From an uncultured delta proteobacterium (GTDB lineage: Bacteria; Desulfobacterota; Desulfobaccia; Desulfobaccales; 0-14-0-80-60-11), in assembly GCA_963812015.1 (NCBI GenBank), contig CAWETI010000003.1, positions 1,600,001-1,664,000 on the forward strand: DNA of 64,000 nucleotides. Reading direction: 5' to 3'. The notes beneath the pieces were generated by a model, which was not told the origin of the DNA, did not search any database, and saw nothing but the letters and a program-made list of their open reading frames with translations. Numbering within the stretch: the first letter of the stretch is position 1; every line of letters begins with the position of its first letter. Positions 38,189-46,869 of this stretch are shown in pieces. The position numbers were made by a program, and so were the translations under genes.

Positions 38189-38782
38189 ATGACTGATGAT
38201 CAGCTCGTGGCCCGGGCCCAGGCGGGAGAACTCCCGGCCTTCGAAGAACTGGTAGTCAAGTACCAGCGGGAGATTTACGGTCTGGCCTGCCGCATGGTAT
38301 CCGATGCGGAGGAGGCTAAGGACTTGGCCCAGCAGGCCTTTCTCCAGGCCTTTGTCCACATCAAAAGTTTTCGCCAGGATGCGCAGTTTCGCACCTGGTT
38401 GTTCAGGATTGCCATCAACCAGTGCTACAATTTTTTAAAGGGCCGTAAAAAGTTTGGCGATCCGATAGACTGTGACGAAATAAGTTTGGCGGGTGACGAG
38501 CCCTCCCCGGAAGCTGAGTTGATCACCCAGGACGACCGCCGGCGGCTCCACGAAGCGTTGGAGCTGCTTCCCGCCAAGCAGCGGGCGGTGATCACCCTGA
38601 AGGTGGAGCAGGGCCTGTCTTATCAGGAAATCAGCCAGGTCCTGGGAGGGACCGCCGGCGCCGCCCGGGTTAATTACTGCCAGGCTTTAAAGACTTTGAA
38701 GAAACATATACGGAGCGAGGACGACCATGAAGTGGCAATGCGCCCTTCTACAAAGGTGGCTACCAGAGTATCCGGACGGTGA
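38189..38782 (+). CDS. ECF RNA polymerase sigma factor
   Basis: AKDLAQQAF, FRTWLFRIAIN and LSYQEISQVLG motifs. Confidence 0.93.
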   Translation: MTDDQLVARAQAGELPAFEELVVKYQREIYGLACRMVSDAEEAKDLAQQAFLQAFVHIKSFRQDAQFRTWLFRIAINQCYNFLKGRKKFGDPIDCDEISLAGDEPSPEAELITQDDRRRLHEALELLPAKQRAVITLKVEQGLSYQEISQVLGGTAGAARVNYCQALKTLKKHIRSEDDHEVAMRPSTKVATRVSGR

Positions 38783-39395
38783 TCTCCCCACGCTGGGGAA
38801 ATGGTGGCTAAGATCCCATGTGCCGCACTGCGCCGCCTGCCGCCAGGAAGTGGCGGGGCTCAGGGAGGTAGTTGCCGCCCTTGAGGCCACCCCGGCGCCG
38901 GACCCCGGCCCGGAGTTTTGGCGCGAGTTTTCCCGGGAGATGCACCTTAAGTTAGCCCAGGCCGACCATGCGGGTCAGGCCGCCCCGGAGCCGGTTCGGT
39001 CCCGGTGGCTGCGGCTGCCCTATCTCGTGGGGGCGCCGGCCCTGGCGGTGCTGCTGGTGTGGGTGGCGGTGCAGCTGACGGGGCCTGGCCTCCCGGTTCA
39101 GAACCAGCCCATGGTGAAAAGTGAGGCGGCTCCCAAGATGGCTGCCGCCCCCAAACTGTCGGCCCCGCCGCACGGGGCGGTTGCCGAGCTTGAGGGGATG
39201 GAGCCGTTTGTCCCGGTTGCCCTGGAGGATGCCGAGGCTGCGCCGGTGGAGGAAGAGGAGATTACCGGCTGGGGTCTGGATGCGGAACTGGCGGGCATGT
39301 CCGACCATGAAAAAGAAGTATTTCTCAACAAGCTGGATCAACATAAGAAGGATGGGTCATGCATCGAAAGATTCTCCTATTACTCCTGGGGTTAA
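38727..39395 (+). CDS. Zinc-finger (ZAS-type) anti-sigma factor
   Basis: HVPHCAAC (HxxxCxxC) motif plus one TM helix; overlaps the sigma gene. Confidence 0.82.
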   Translation: MKWQCALLQRWLPEYPDGDLPTLGKWWLRSHVPHCAACRQEVAGLREVVAALEATPAPDPGPEFWREFSREMHLKLAQADHAGQAAPEPVRSRWLRLPYLVGAPALAVLLVWVAVQLTGPGLPVQNQPMVKSEAAPKMAAAPKLSAPPHGAVAELEGMEPFVPVALEDAEAAPVEEEEITGWGLDAELAGMSDHEKEVFLNKLDQHKKDGSCIERFSYYSWG

Positions 39396-39934
39396 CCCTG
39401 GCGGGGACGAGTTGGGCCTGGGCTCAGCAGCCGGGTCAGGATTTGGGCGGCGGCTTTCAGGACCGGCTCCTGGAGGTCAAGCGGACCCAGTTGGGCCCGA
39501 CCCTGGGAGTGAACCAGCAGACGGTGGACAGGCTGCTCGCCATTGACCAGCGCTATAAGCCGATCCGGAGCCAGCTGATCCTGGGGATGCAAGCCGATAT
39601 GCGGCATCTGCAACAGCTCATGTCCCAGGCCGCCCCGCCGGAGCAGGAAGTCAAGGCCCTTCTTGCCGACATGAAGCGCAAACGGTTGGAGATGCTTAAC
39701 CTGCAACAGCGCAAGGATGAAGAAGAGTCGGCCATTCTCACCCCCATGCAGCAAGCCCGCTATATCATGTACCTTATGACCCTTCTTAAGGAAGCCCGGA
39801 ATGTCAAGCAGGGTAGCGGGAGAAATGGGGGCATGGGATCGCCGGCCCTGCGCGCCCCCCGGGAGATCCCAGTTTCCCGTCCATCCCAGCCGGCAGACCA
39901 GCAGCCGGCCATGCCCCTCCCTGCGTTTCGCTAA
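39359..39934 (+). CDS. Periplasmic Spy/CpxP-like helical protein
   Basis: Signal peptide; ILTPMQQ (LTxxQ) motif; third gene of the ECF operon. Confidence 0.72.
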   Translation: MHRKILLLLLGLTLAGTSWAWAQQPGQDLGGGFQDRLLEVKRTQLGPTLGVNQQTVDRLLAIDQRYKPIRSQLILGMQADMRHLQQLMSQAAPPEQEVKALLADMKRKRLEMLNLQQRKDEEESAILTPMQQARYIMYLMTLLKEARNVKQGSGRNGGMGSPALRAPREIPVSRPSQPADQQPAMPLPAFR

Positions 39935-39982
39935 AACCGGCCCGTGGCCCTGTGATCATGCAGGGCTGCGGCCGGTTTTTTT
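39933..39982 (+). terminator. Rho-independent terminator
   Basis: aaaaccggcc...ggccggttttttt. Confidence 0.75.
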
Positions 39983-40031
39983 GTTTCCCTACTTGCCAAA
40001 TGCCGGTTAAGCGATTTACAATAGTCCTGCT

Positions 40032-40118
40032 GCCGGAGTGGTGGAATTGGTAGACGCAGGGGACTCAAAATCCCCCGAGGGCAAGCCTGTGCCGGTTCGA
40101 GTCCGGCCTCCGGCACCA
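40032..40118 (+). tRNA. tRNA-Leu(CAA)
   Basis: Acceptor stem GCCGGAG/CTCCGGC; anticodon arm GGGGA-CTCAAAA-TCCCC; long variable arm; GGTTCGAGTCC; encoded CCA. Confidence 0.97.
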
Positions 40119-40132
40119 TAAGGAAATCAATG

Positions 40133-40162
40133 GGTTAGGCTTCGATAGCCTGACCCTTTTTT
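40133..40162. terminator. Terminator hairpin downstream of the tRNA, overlapping the integrase 3' end
   Basis: gggttaggct-tcgat-agcctgaccc-ttttt. Confidence 0.7.
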
Positions 40163-41286
40163 GTGGCGCATTTTTGATAGGTGTCATTATAGGTGTCATT
40201 GACTCCCGGATTTTCCCCCACCAGGGCCTTTAATTCATCCCTGCTTACCGCATTATATCGCTTGAAAACGCTCATGGTCTTGTGGCCGGTTGCCGCCATG
40301 ATCCTGAAATAGTCATGTCCCTCAAGGCGCCGGTTGTTTATGAAGGTATGCCGCAAGTCGTGAAAGTTAAAACCGTCTAACCCGGCTTTCCGGCGTGCCG
40401 CTTGAAAGGCTTCTCGAATTGAGGTTATCGGCTTCCCCTCTCTCAAAAAGACCAACACTCCCGGCAAGCCCCTGGGCATGGTCTTGAACATCTCAACCAA
40501 CTCCCCAGCCAGAGGCACAAGCCGCCCCTCATTGGTCTTGCAATCTTCAGGGGCCAGCTTAATGAATCCTTCCTTTAAGTCCACTTGGCCCCATGTAAGC
40601 CCCAGGATTTCACCTAACCTCATGCCGGTATGATAGGCCAGCTTGATTATGGGCTTGAGGTAGGGTGCTGAATGAGTCAAGAGGAGGACATACTCATCTG
40701 AGGATAGCACCCGGTCTCTGACATTGTTTTCTTTCAAGAGTTTCACGCCGTGGGTAGGATTGCGCTCCGCTTTCCCGTTCTTCACGCCTTTTGAGAAGAT
40801 GGTTTTTAGGCAAGCCATTTCCCGGTTTACGGTGGCGGGTTTTGTGGTGCTCCCCTTGTAATTGGTATCGGCAAGGCGCTTTTGCTTATAGCTTTCAACC
40901 ATCGCCGGGGTAATATCCTTCAACAACCGTTCCCCAAAGTGAGGCAAGAGTAACCTCACGCTACGCTGATCCCGGTTGTAACTCCGCTTGGCCTTTACTT
41001 CCGGAAGATCCAAATACCATTTGGCCAGTTCCTTAAATCTGGTCTTGGTATCTGGACTTTTGCGGATATACCGGCCTTCAGTCCTATCCGATAGAACCTC
41101 CCTCAGCCTCTGCTCCGCAGCCGTTTTATTGGGTCCAATCCTCTCCCGCTTACGGTAGCCGCCTACCAGATAGTCAATCCAGTAAACCCTGCCAGCCACT
41201 TTGCTTAGGTTCACCCCGCAGCGGCAACTTTTGGCCTTAGGGCTATTCCGCTTCTTGCAATCGGGGCATTCTACCAGTAGTCCCAT
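40135..41286 (-). CDS. Tyrosine recombinase/integrase with an N-terminal Zn-ribbon
   Basis: TGMRLGEI, K, HDLRH, GH and Y catalytic residues; CPDC...CRC N-terminus. Confidence 0.95.
   Translation of the reverse strand: MGLLVECPDCKKRNSPKAKSCRCGVNLSKVAGRVYWIDYLVGGYRKRERIGPNKTAAEQRLREVLSDRTEGRYIRKSPDTKTRFKELAKWYLDLPEVKAKRSYNRDQRSVRLLLPHFGERLLKDITPAMVESYKQKRLADTNYKGSTTKPATVNREMACLKTIFSKGVKNGKAERNPTHGVKLLKENNVRDRVLSSDEYVLLLTHSAPYLKPIIKLAYHTGMRLGEILGLTWGQVDLKEGFIKLAPEDCKTNEGRLVPLAGELVEMFKTMPRGLPGVLVFLREGKPITSIREAFQAARRKAGLDGFNFHDLRHTFINNRRLEGHDYFRIMAATGHKTMSVFKRYNAVSRDELKALVGENPGVNDTYNDTYQKCATKKGQAIEA
40178..40200 (+). repeat. Putative integrase arm-type sites (left end)
   Basis: TAGGTGTCATT-A-TAGGTGTCATT; the same doublet recurs at 53063-53085. 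Confidence 0.7.
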
Positions 41287-41467
41287 ACTTACCTCCTTGC
41301 ATTCTATGTTCCAGGGCCTCCAGAGCCAGGGGAAGCAAGGCCGGTATACGAATGGTCCCCCACTCCCACCGGGACACCGTCATGCTCCGCACCCCTAACG
41401 CCTTGGCCAGCTTCCCTTGACTTAAACCCCTGCGTGTGCGCCAGTCTTTGAACTCCCGGTTCGTCAT
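41243..41467 (-). CDS. XRE-family HTH regulator
   Basis: FKDWRTRRGLSQGKLAKALGVRSMTVSRWE. Confidence 0.88.
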   Translation of the reverse strand: MTNREFKDWRTRRGLSQGKLAKALGVRSMTVSRWEWGTIRIPALLPLALEALEHRMQGGKYGTTGRMPRLQEAE

Positions 41468-41474
41468 GGTCATC

Positions 41475-41503
41475 TATATATACTATCAGTATATAGTAGT
41501 CAA
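41475..41503 (-). promoter_or_regulatory. Promoter with overlapping palindromic operator for the HTH-integrase unit
   Basis: TTGACT-17 bp-TATATA; perfect IR TATATACT-ATC-AGTATATA at 41477-41495. Confidence 0.65.
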
Positions 41504-42253
41504 GAAAAAAAGGGGTGAGGTTCCTGAGCCGCCCCGCCCCTTCCTCCACCATTCCTCAACCGCATGTCAGGTCCCGGTTCCGCTCCTGCTGGTCGGCCCT
41601 ATATATTTTCGCCCAGGGAAGCAAAACCGGGGGATGGGTCCCATACCCCCCCTCCAGTAGTTACTTACCTCCTCCGCACCCCAGAACGGTTTTTTCCGAT
41701 TGCCGAAACTGTCAAAGGCTTTCAACCCTGATTATTACCGACTCAACCTATTATTACGGGGTACTCAGGTCAACGGCTGGGGGGTGATTTTGGGAAGAGC
41801 CCCCCTGGTCCCCCCAATCCCCAAAATATTCAAAGCAAAAATCCGGCCGGGGAACGGGGTGTGGTGTTGAGGCTTTTGGGGCTGATTGGGTAATTGGTGA
41901 TCGCCGAGCTCCATTCCAACAGCACGCATCTTTTCCTGGAGATCTTCATACCAAGATCAGACAACCGCCACCTAATCCTCCACCACATCCACATATTGCT
42001 CCTTGGCACTTTCTATTGAAATATTCGCCTACCTGTGGGATAAGTTAGATCATCTGGATAAAACCCCAGGAGGGGTGCAATGATTCTTGTTGATGAAAGA
42101 GCCGGGATGCCCCGAGGGTGCAACTCGGTTTTTTGTTTTCCTGGCCTCTACACGCTCCATTCCGGGCCCGAACCGTTTATTCAGTTTTAGGGAACATTGT
42201 GGGGAGTGGCTTGAGAAAGATGTCGAAGCCCTAATGGTTGGAGAAGATTAACT

Positions 42254-43258
42254 ATGAAAAAACCTAAACTACCCCCCGGTTTTGAACCTGTCTATGACAA
42301 GCCCTTTGTCCCATGGTGGCAAAAAAAGGAGCAATGGGTCTGGATCATTTTTGTGGCGATCTATGTCACATTGCGTCCTTATTTCCCTGGTTGGGAATTC
42401 CTTCTGATTTACTGCTTGATAATAACGATAGGCCAGACTCTCTTGTCAAAGTTCGGCAAGGAAAAGAATTCGAGCAAGCAGGCTGAGCCATTAGCCAAAG
42501 AAATTCAGGATGAGGCGATTAAAAGTAAACATTATGGTGAGTGGTTGGAGAAGGAGGTAAAAGACCATCCTTCTCAAGTAGTTGAAGTAAAGAATATAGA
42601 GATTACTGGACCCAAAGATAAAGATACTGCCCTCACAGAATCCGATGAGGAGATCAAGAAAAAAATAGGAGCCGAACAAAGAAAGCAAATACCTATTGAG
42701 GAATCAAAAGATAATGTGACTACGATAATCGTTTGGTCGGTTATTATAGGATTGGTATTGATGCTTATTGCGGTAGTCATTAATAGCTCTCATACACCGC
42801 AAACAACAGGCCAATCTACAATACAGTTAGAACAGTTATTGAATAGAAATGGAATTGCTTTAATGGGAGAAGGCAATTATCATCAAGCAATCACCGAGTT
42901 TGATAAAATTATTGATTTAGAACCGTTGGATCATGCTGCATATAACAACCGGGGAGAGGTCTATCTAAGATTAAATAATCATAAACAAGCTATGGAAGAT
43001 TTTAATAGAGCAATAATTGCTATTAACCATGGACATGAACCTAATCCTAATGGTTTAGCAAGTTTTGCAGAAAGTAATAAAAGATTTGGTCTCTATATAC
43101 TAGAAGATTCTCTTCAAGCTAAGTATTATAGAAATCGTGGATTGGCTTACGAAAAATTGGGCAATAAGAACCAAGCAATCAAAGATTTGAAAATCGCTGC
43201 TAGGGTAGGCGATAAAGAGGCACAAAAGTATTTACTTTCAAAAGGGATGACTTGGTAG
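42254..43258 (+). CDS. Membrane protein with C-terminal TPR repeats (AT-rich cargo)
   Basis: Three hydrophobic segments; AYNNRGEVY and YYRNRGLAYEKLG TPRs. Confidence 0.85.
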   Translation: MKKPKLPPGFEPVYDKPFVPWWQKKEQWVWIIFVAIYVTLRPYFPGWEFLLIYCLIITIGQTLLSKFGKEKNSSKQAEPLAKEIQDEAIKSKHYGEWLEKEVKDHPSQVVEVKNIEITGPKDKDTALTESDEEIKKKIGAEQRKQIPIEESKDNVTTIIVWSVIIGLVLMLIAVVINSSHTPQTTGQSTIQLEQLLNRNGIALMGEGNYHQAITEFDKIIDLEPLDHAAYNNRGEVYLRLNNHKQAMEDFNRAIIAINHGHEPNPNGLASFAESNKRFGLYILEDSLQAKYYRNRGLAYEKLGNKNQAIKDLKIAARVGDKEAQKYLLSKGMTW

Positions 43259-43586
43259 ATTTATCCCTCTGATCGCCGGTCTAATAAGGCCCGGTTAGCC
43301 CGTCGCCATCGGAAGACTACCCCCCGCCCAGGAGTGGATCATCCCACCTTGGTTTTCTCAGCAACCTTTATTCTTGGTTTAGGGAGAAGATGGTCCAGAT
43401 GGACAACCTCGATTTCGCCGCCGCCACCACCGCCACCGCCGACCAACGCTCCAGGGTCCTGGCCCGACCCTCGCCACCACCATCGCCTCTACCACCGGCC
43501 GCCCCCTGCCTGGAGCGTTTTCGGCCCTATCGAGGGGACATTCGGCCTTGCCGCCTCGCCTGCTCAGGCTGGACTGATTCCCCTTC

Positions 43587-44666
43587 CTATACCAGGCTAC
43601 GCCCTACGCCTTGGCCTCGGCGATAGAGGATATCAAGGTTCTTCTGGGCATTCACATCTCCCTGGTCGGCGGCCTTGCGAAACCACCTGGCCGCCTCGAC
43701 ATAATCCTGGGGTACGCCTTTGCCATCGTAATACAGTCCTCCAAGATTGTTCTGGGCAGCCGCATAACCCTGGTCGGCAGCCTTACGATACCATCTGGCT
43801 GCCTCGGCATAATCCTGGGGTACGCCTTGACCATAGTCGTATAGGAGACCCAGGCCGTACTGGGCAGCCGCAATACCCTGGTCGGCGGCCTTGCGATACC
43901 ACCTGGCCGCCTCGGCATAATCTTGGGGTACGCCTTGGCCCTTTTCATACTGGACTCCCAGGTTCATTTGGGCATCCGCATTCCCCTGGTCGGCGGCCTT
44001 GCGAAACCACCTGGCCGCCTCGGCATAATCCTGGGGTACACCTTGGCCCTTGTAATAAAGTTCTCCCAGGTTAGCCTGGGCAGCCGCATATCCCTGGTCG
44101 GCAGCCTTTCGGTACCATCTGGCCGCCTCAGCATAATCCTGGGGTACGCCTTGGCCCTTTTTATGCAGGACACCAAGGTTTCTTTGGGCATTCACATCTC
44201 CCTGGTCGGCGGCCTTGCGAAACCACCTGGCCGCCTCAACATTATCCTGGGGTACGCCTTGGCCCAGGTAATACAGCGCTCCCAGGTTATTCTGGGCATC
44301 CGCATAACCTTGGGCCGCAGCCTTCCGATACCACCTGGCAGCCTCAGCATAATCCTGGGGCACGCCTTGGCCCTTGTCATATAGGTAACCAAGGTTCTTC
44401 TGGGCAACTGCATTCCCCTGGTCGGCGGCCTTGCGAAACCACCTGGCCGCCTCGGCATAATCCTGGGGTACGCCTTTGCCATCGTAATACAGCCTTCCCA
44501 GGTTCTTCTGAGCATCCGCATCCCCCTGGTCGGTGGCCTCCGTCAATGGCCCACCAGCAGTAGAGATTGCTGTAGATGGGATTTCAGTTGGACTTGTGGT
44601 TACACAACCAGCCCCAGATAAAATCAAGGATCCAATGAGAAGAAAAAATGTTAAATTCCGCAACAT
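43587..44666 (-). CDS. Sel1-like repeat lipoprotein (8 full plus 1 partial 36-aa repeats)
   Basis: Lipobox ...LSGAGC; AQxNLGxLYxxGxGVPQDYAEAARWxRKAADQG repeats with a 108-bp DNA period. Confidence 0.95.
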   Translation of the reverse strand: MLRNLTFFLLIGSLILSGAGCVTTSPTEIPSTAISTAGGPLTEATDQGDADAQKNLGRLYYDGKGVPQDYAEAARWFRKAADQGNAVAQKNLGYLYDKGQGVPQDYAEAARWYRKAAAQGYADAQNNLGALYYLGQGVPQDNVEAARWFRKAADQGDVNAQRNLGVLHKKGQGVPQDYAEAARWYRKAADQGYAAAQANLGELYYKGQGVPQDYAEAARWFRKAADQGNADAQMNLGVQYEKGQGVPQDYAEAARWYRKAADQGIAAAQYGLGLLYDYGQGVPQDYAEAARWYRKAADQGYAAAQNNLGGLYYDGKGVPQDYVEAARWFRKAADQGDVNAQKNLDILYRRGQGVGRSLV

Positions 44667-44681
44667 ATTGATCCTCAGCTA

Positions 44682-45008
44682 TCAATGATTTAATTGCCAA
44701 GAATTATGGGATTTCTGACCCTCTCGCATCTTTTTGACCTTTTTCTTATTGGCAACCTGTGATTGGCTGTAGGCCGATTCCCGGCGGCTATTTGCCGCAC
44801 TTTCTTCTGCCGCCTCTCTTTGCTGGCGAGCTGCTCTTTCCCCGGCTGCAGATTTCTCCTGGTCTCTCCTTTCCATCTGTTCCAACTTCTGTTTGACAAA
44901 AGGGTCATCAATATATTTCTCTGGATGTGGGGGGTGGTAATCTCCCGCAGAGGATATAGAAGTCCAACACCAAGAAATGACCAAAAGAACCCACACCATT
45001 TTCTTCAT
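44682..45008 (-). CDS. Small secreted hypothetical protein
   Basis: AAGGAG RBS; MKKMVWVLLVISWCWTSISSA signal peptide; charged helical body. Confidence 0.6.
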   Translation of the reverse strand: MKKMVWVLLVISWCWTSISSAGDYHPPHPEKYIDDPFVKQKLEQMERRDQEKSAAGERAARQQREAAEESAANSRRESAYSQSQVANKKKVKKMREGQKSHNSWQLNH

Positions 45009-45425
45009 AGCGGCCAACTCCTTTGCCAACCACCTTAAAAGATATAGGACCAAAAGATATAGGGGACTTTCTGAATAATACGGCTAAAAATTCTTATTTT
45101 AATTGGAGAAACCCCTGATGAGACTTAGCCCAAAGCGCCCCTTCCCTTATCATCCCCCGACTTTGAAGAAACCCAGCTCCATAAGTTCATAGGAAAAACT
45201 GACCGGATGACATGACCTTCAGGGGCGATTCCTGGACTTCTATGTGGGGCACCCTTACTTTACCCCCCTGGCCCACACCTGATCGTGCCTTTTTGGCTTT
45301 CAAAATGGGCCCTCAGCCCTGTGACCACCTCCAATCGATCCATCACTCTAATATAACCTGTGGATCAGTTTGCTGGGGAGGCAGATCAGGAGTCTCATCT
45401 CTGGGTTTGAAGACTCTAATAAGCC

Positions 45426-45455
45426 TTGTCAAAACCCCTTTTTTGAAGGTATGCT
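45426..45455 (+). promoter_or_regulatory. Putative sigma70 promoter of the HNH-HIT/NUDIX/SRA-HNH operon
   Basis: TTGTCA-18 bp-TATGCT. Confidence 0.5.
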
Positions 45456-45490
45456 GAATGAACTAAATAGATCAAAATGAGATCCACGCC

Positions 45491-46465
45491 ATGGAATTCG
45501 ATAGCTTATTGGAATTTATTGGGAAGCAGATGAGCATGAGCCATATTTATCAACCCCTCCTGATAAAATCTCTTGTAGAGGCAGGGGGGTCAGCAACTCT
45601 GAGGCAATTAGCTCAAGCCTTTCTTCTCCAGGATGAAAGTCAACTGATCTATTATGAAAACAAAATCAAACAAATGCCTTTGAGGGTTTTATTAAAACAT
45701 AATGTAATTAAGAGAGATGGTGAATTTATTTCACTAAACACTAAGAATCTAACTTACCAACAAAAAGCCCAAATAAAGATGATTTGTGGAAAGAGGTTGC
45801 AAGAATATATCCAGAAAAAGGGTCTGGGCATATGGGATTATCGAATACTTGATACTGAACCAGTTTCTGGGAGTTTGCGATCCATAGTTTTTAATGAAAG
45901 TGGAGGCCGTTGTGCCAAGTGCGGAATAACTAAAAGAGACCGACCATTAGATGTAGACCACATAAAACCTCGCTCAAAAAAAGGGAAGACTGTTTACGAA
46001 AATCTTCAAATTTTATGCTCAAAATGTAATCGTGAAAAAGGAAATAAAGAAGAAATTGATTACAGAAAAGACCTCCCCTCAGACTCTGATCCATCTTGTC
46101 TTTTTTGTTCTGCGGATATTCGGGACAGAAAAATTGAAGAGTATGAATCTGTTTTTGCCGTAAAAGATAACTTCCCAGTTTCTCAAGGGCATCTTCTTGT
46201 CATTCCTTTTAGGCACTCTCCCGATTTTTTCAGCATGACTTCAAGGGAAAAAATGGAAGCAGCGGATCTAATCCGCATCTTGCAAAAAAAAATATCTCAA
46301 GATGATCCATCAGTCACAGGATTCAATTTAGGGGTAAACTGCGGCATATCCGCTGGGCAAACCATTATGCACGCCCACATCCACTTAATTCCCCGGAGAG
46401 ATGGCGATACTCCTGACCCCAGAGGTGGGGTACGAGGGGTGATCCCAGAAAAGATGGCTTATTGA
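45491..46465 (+). CDS. HNH endonuclease-HIT hydrolase fusion with an unidentified helical N-terminal domain
   Basis: CAKCG...DVDHIKP...NLQILCSKCNREK (HNH); CLFC, FPVSQGHLLVIP, GFNLGVNCG and GQTIMHAHIHLIPR (HIT triad). Confidence 0.9.
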   Translation: MEFDSLLEFIGKQMSMSHIYQPLLIKSLVEAGGSATLRQLAQAFLLQDESQLIYYENKIKQMPLRVLLKHNVIKRDGEFISLNTKNLTYQQKAQIKMICGKRLQEYIQKKGLGIWDYRILDTEPVSGSLRSIVFNESGGRCAKCGITKRDRPLDVDHIKPRSKKGKTVYENLQILCSKCNREKGNKEEIDYRKDLPSDSDPSCLFCSADIRDRKIEEYESVFAVKDNFPVSQGHLLVIPFRHSPDFFSMTSREKMEAADLIRILQKKISQDDPSVTGFNLGVNCGISAGQTIMHAHIHLIPRRDGDTPDPRGGVRGVIPEKMAY

Positions 46466-46869
46466 TCGTGACTCCTATGAAAACTGTGACTGCGGCGATT
46501 TTGATTGTCGAAGGCAGGATATTGATTGCCAAAAGAAGGTTTGGGGACAGACTTGCGGAAAAATGGGAGTTTCCTGGGGGGAAGATAGAGCATGGAGAAA
46601 CCCCAGAGCAATGTTTGAGGAGAGAGATACTGGAAGAATTTCAGATCAAAGTTTCCATAGGCCAATTTTTTGGCGAAAGCATTTACCATTATGACCATGG
46701 CTCCATCAGGCTATTAGCCTATCGCACTTATTGGGAAAGTGGAGAATTAATTTCCAAGGCCCATGAGGAATATCAATGGATATCCCAGGATCAGCTAAAA
46801 GATTATGACTTTGCTCCTGCTGATATTCCATTCGTCGAGATGTTGAGGAGGGGTGAAATTGAGCTTTGA
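46462..46869 (+). CDS. NUDIX (MutT/NudG-like) (d)NTP pyrophosphohydrolase
   Basis: WEFPGGKIEHGETPEQCLRREILEE Nudix box; FAPADIP; start is TTG 46462 (overlapping the upstream stop) or ATG 46477. Confidence 0.93.
   Translation: MIVTPMKTVTAAILIVEGRILIAKRRFGDRLAEKWEFPGGKIEHGETPEQCLRREILEEFQIKVSIGQFFGESIYHYDHGSIRLLAYRTYWESGELISKAHEEYQWISQDQLKDYDFAPADIPFVEMLRRGEIEL

Noticed and set aside
39931..40119. ORF MVPEAGLEPAQ...
   Set aside because: It is the antisense translation of tRNA-Leu.
41560..42050. Possible cos site or small terminase remnant in the satellite-like element
   Set aside because: There are G/C runs and broken frames but no motif I can support; left unassigned.
43600..44540. Regular repeat/variable pattern resembling a CRISPR array
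   Set aside because: The period is 108 bp, the repeats are in-frame Sel1 protein repeats, the variable parts are homologous to each other, and no cas genes are present.
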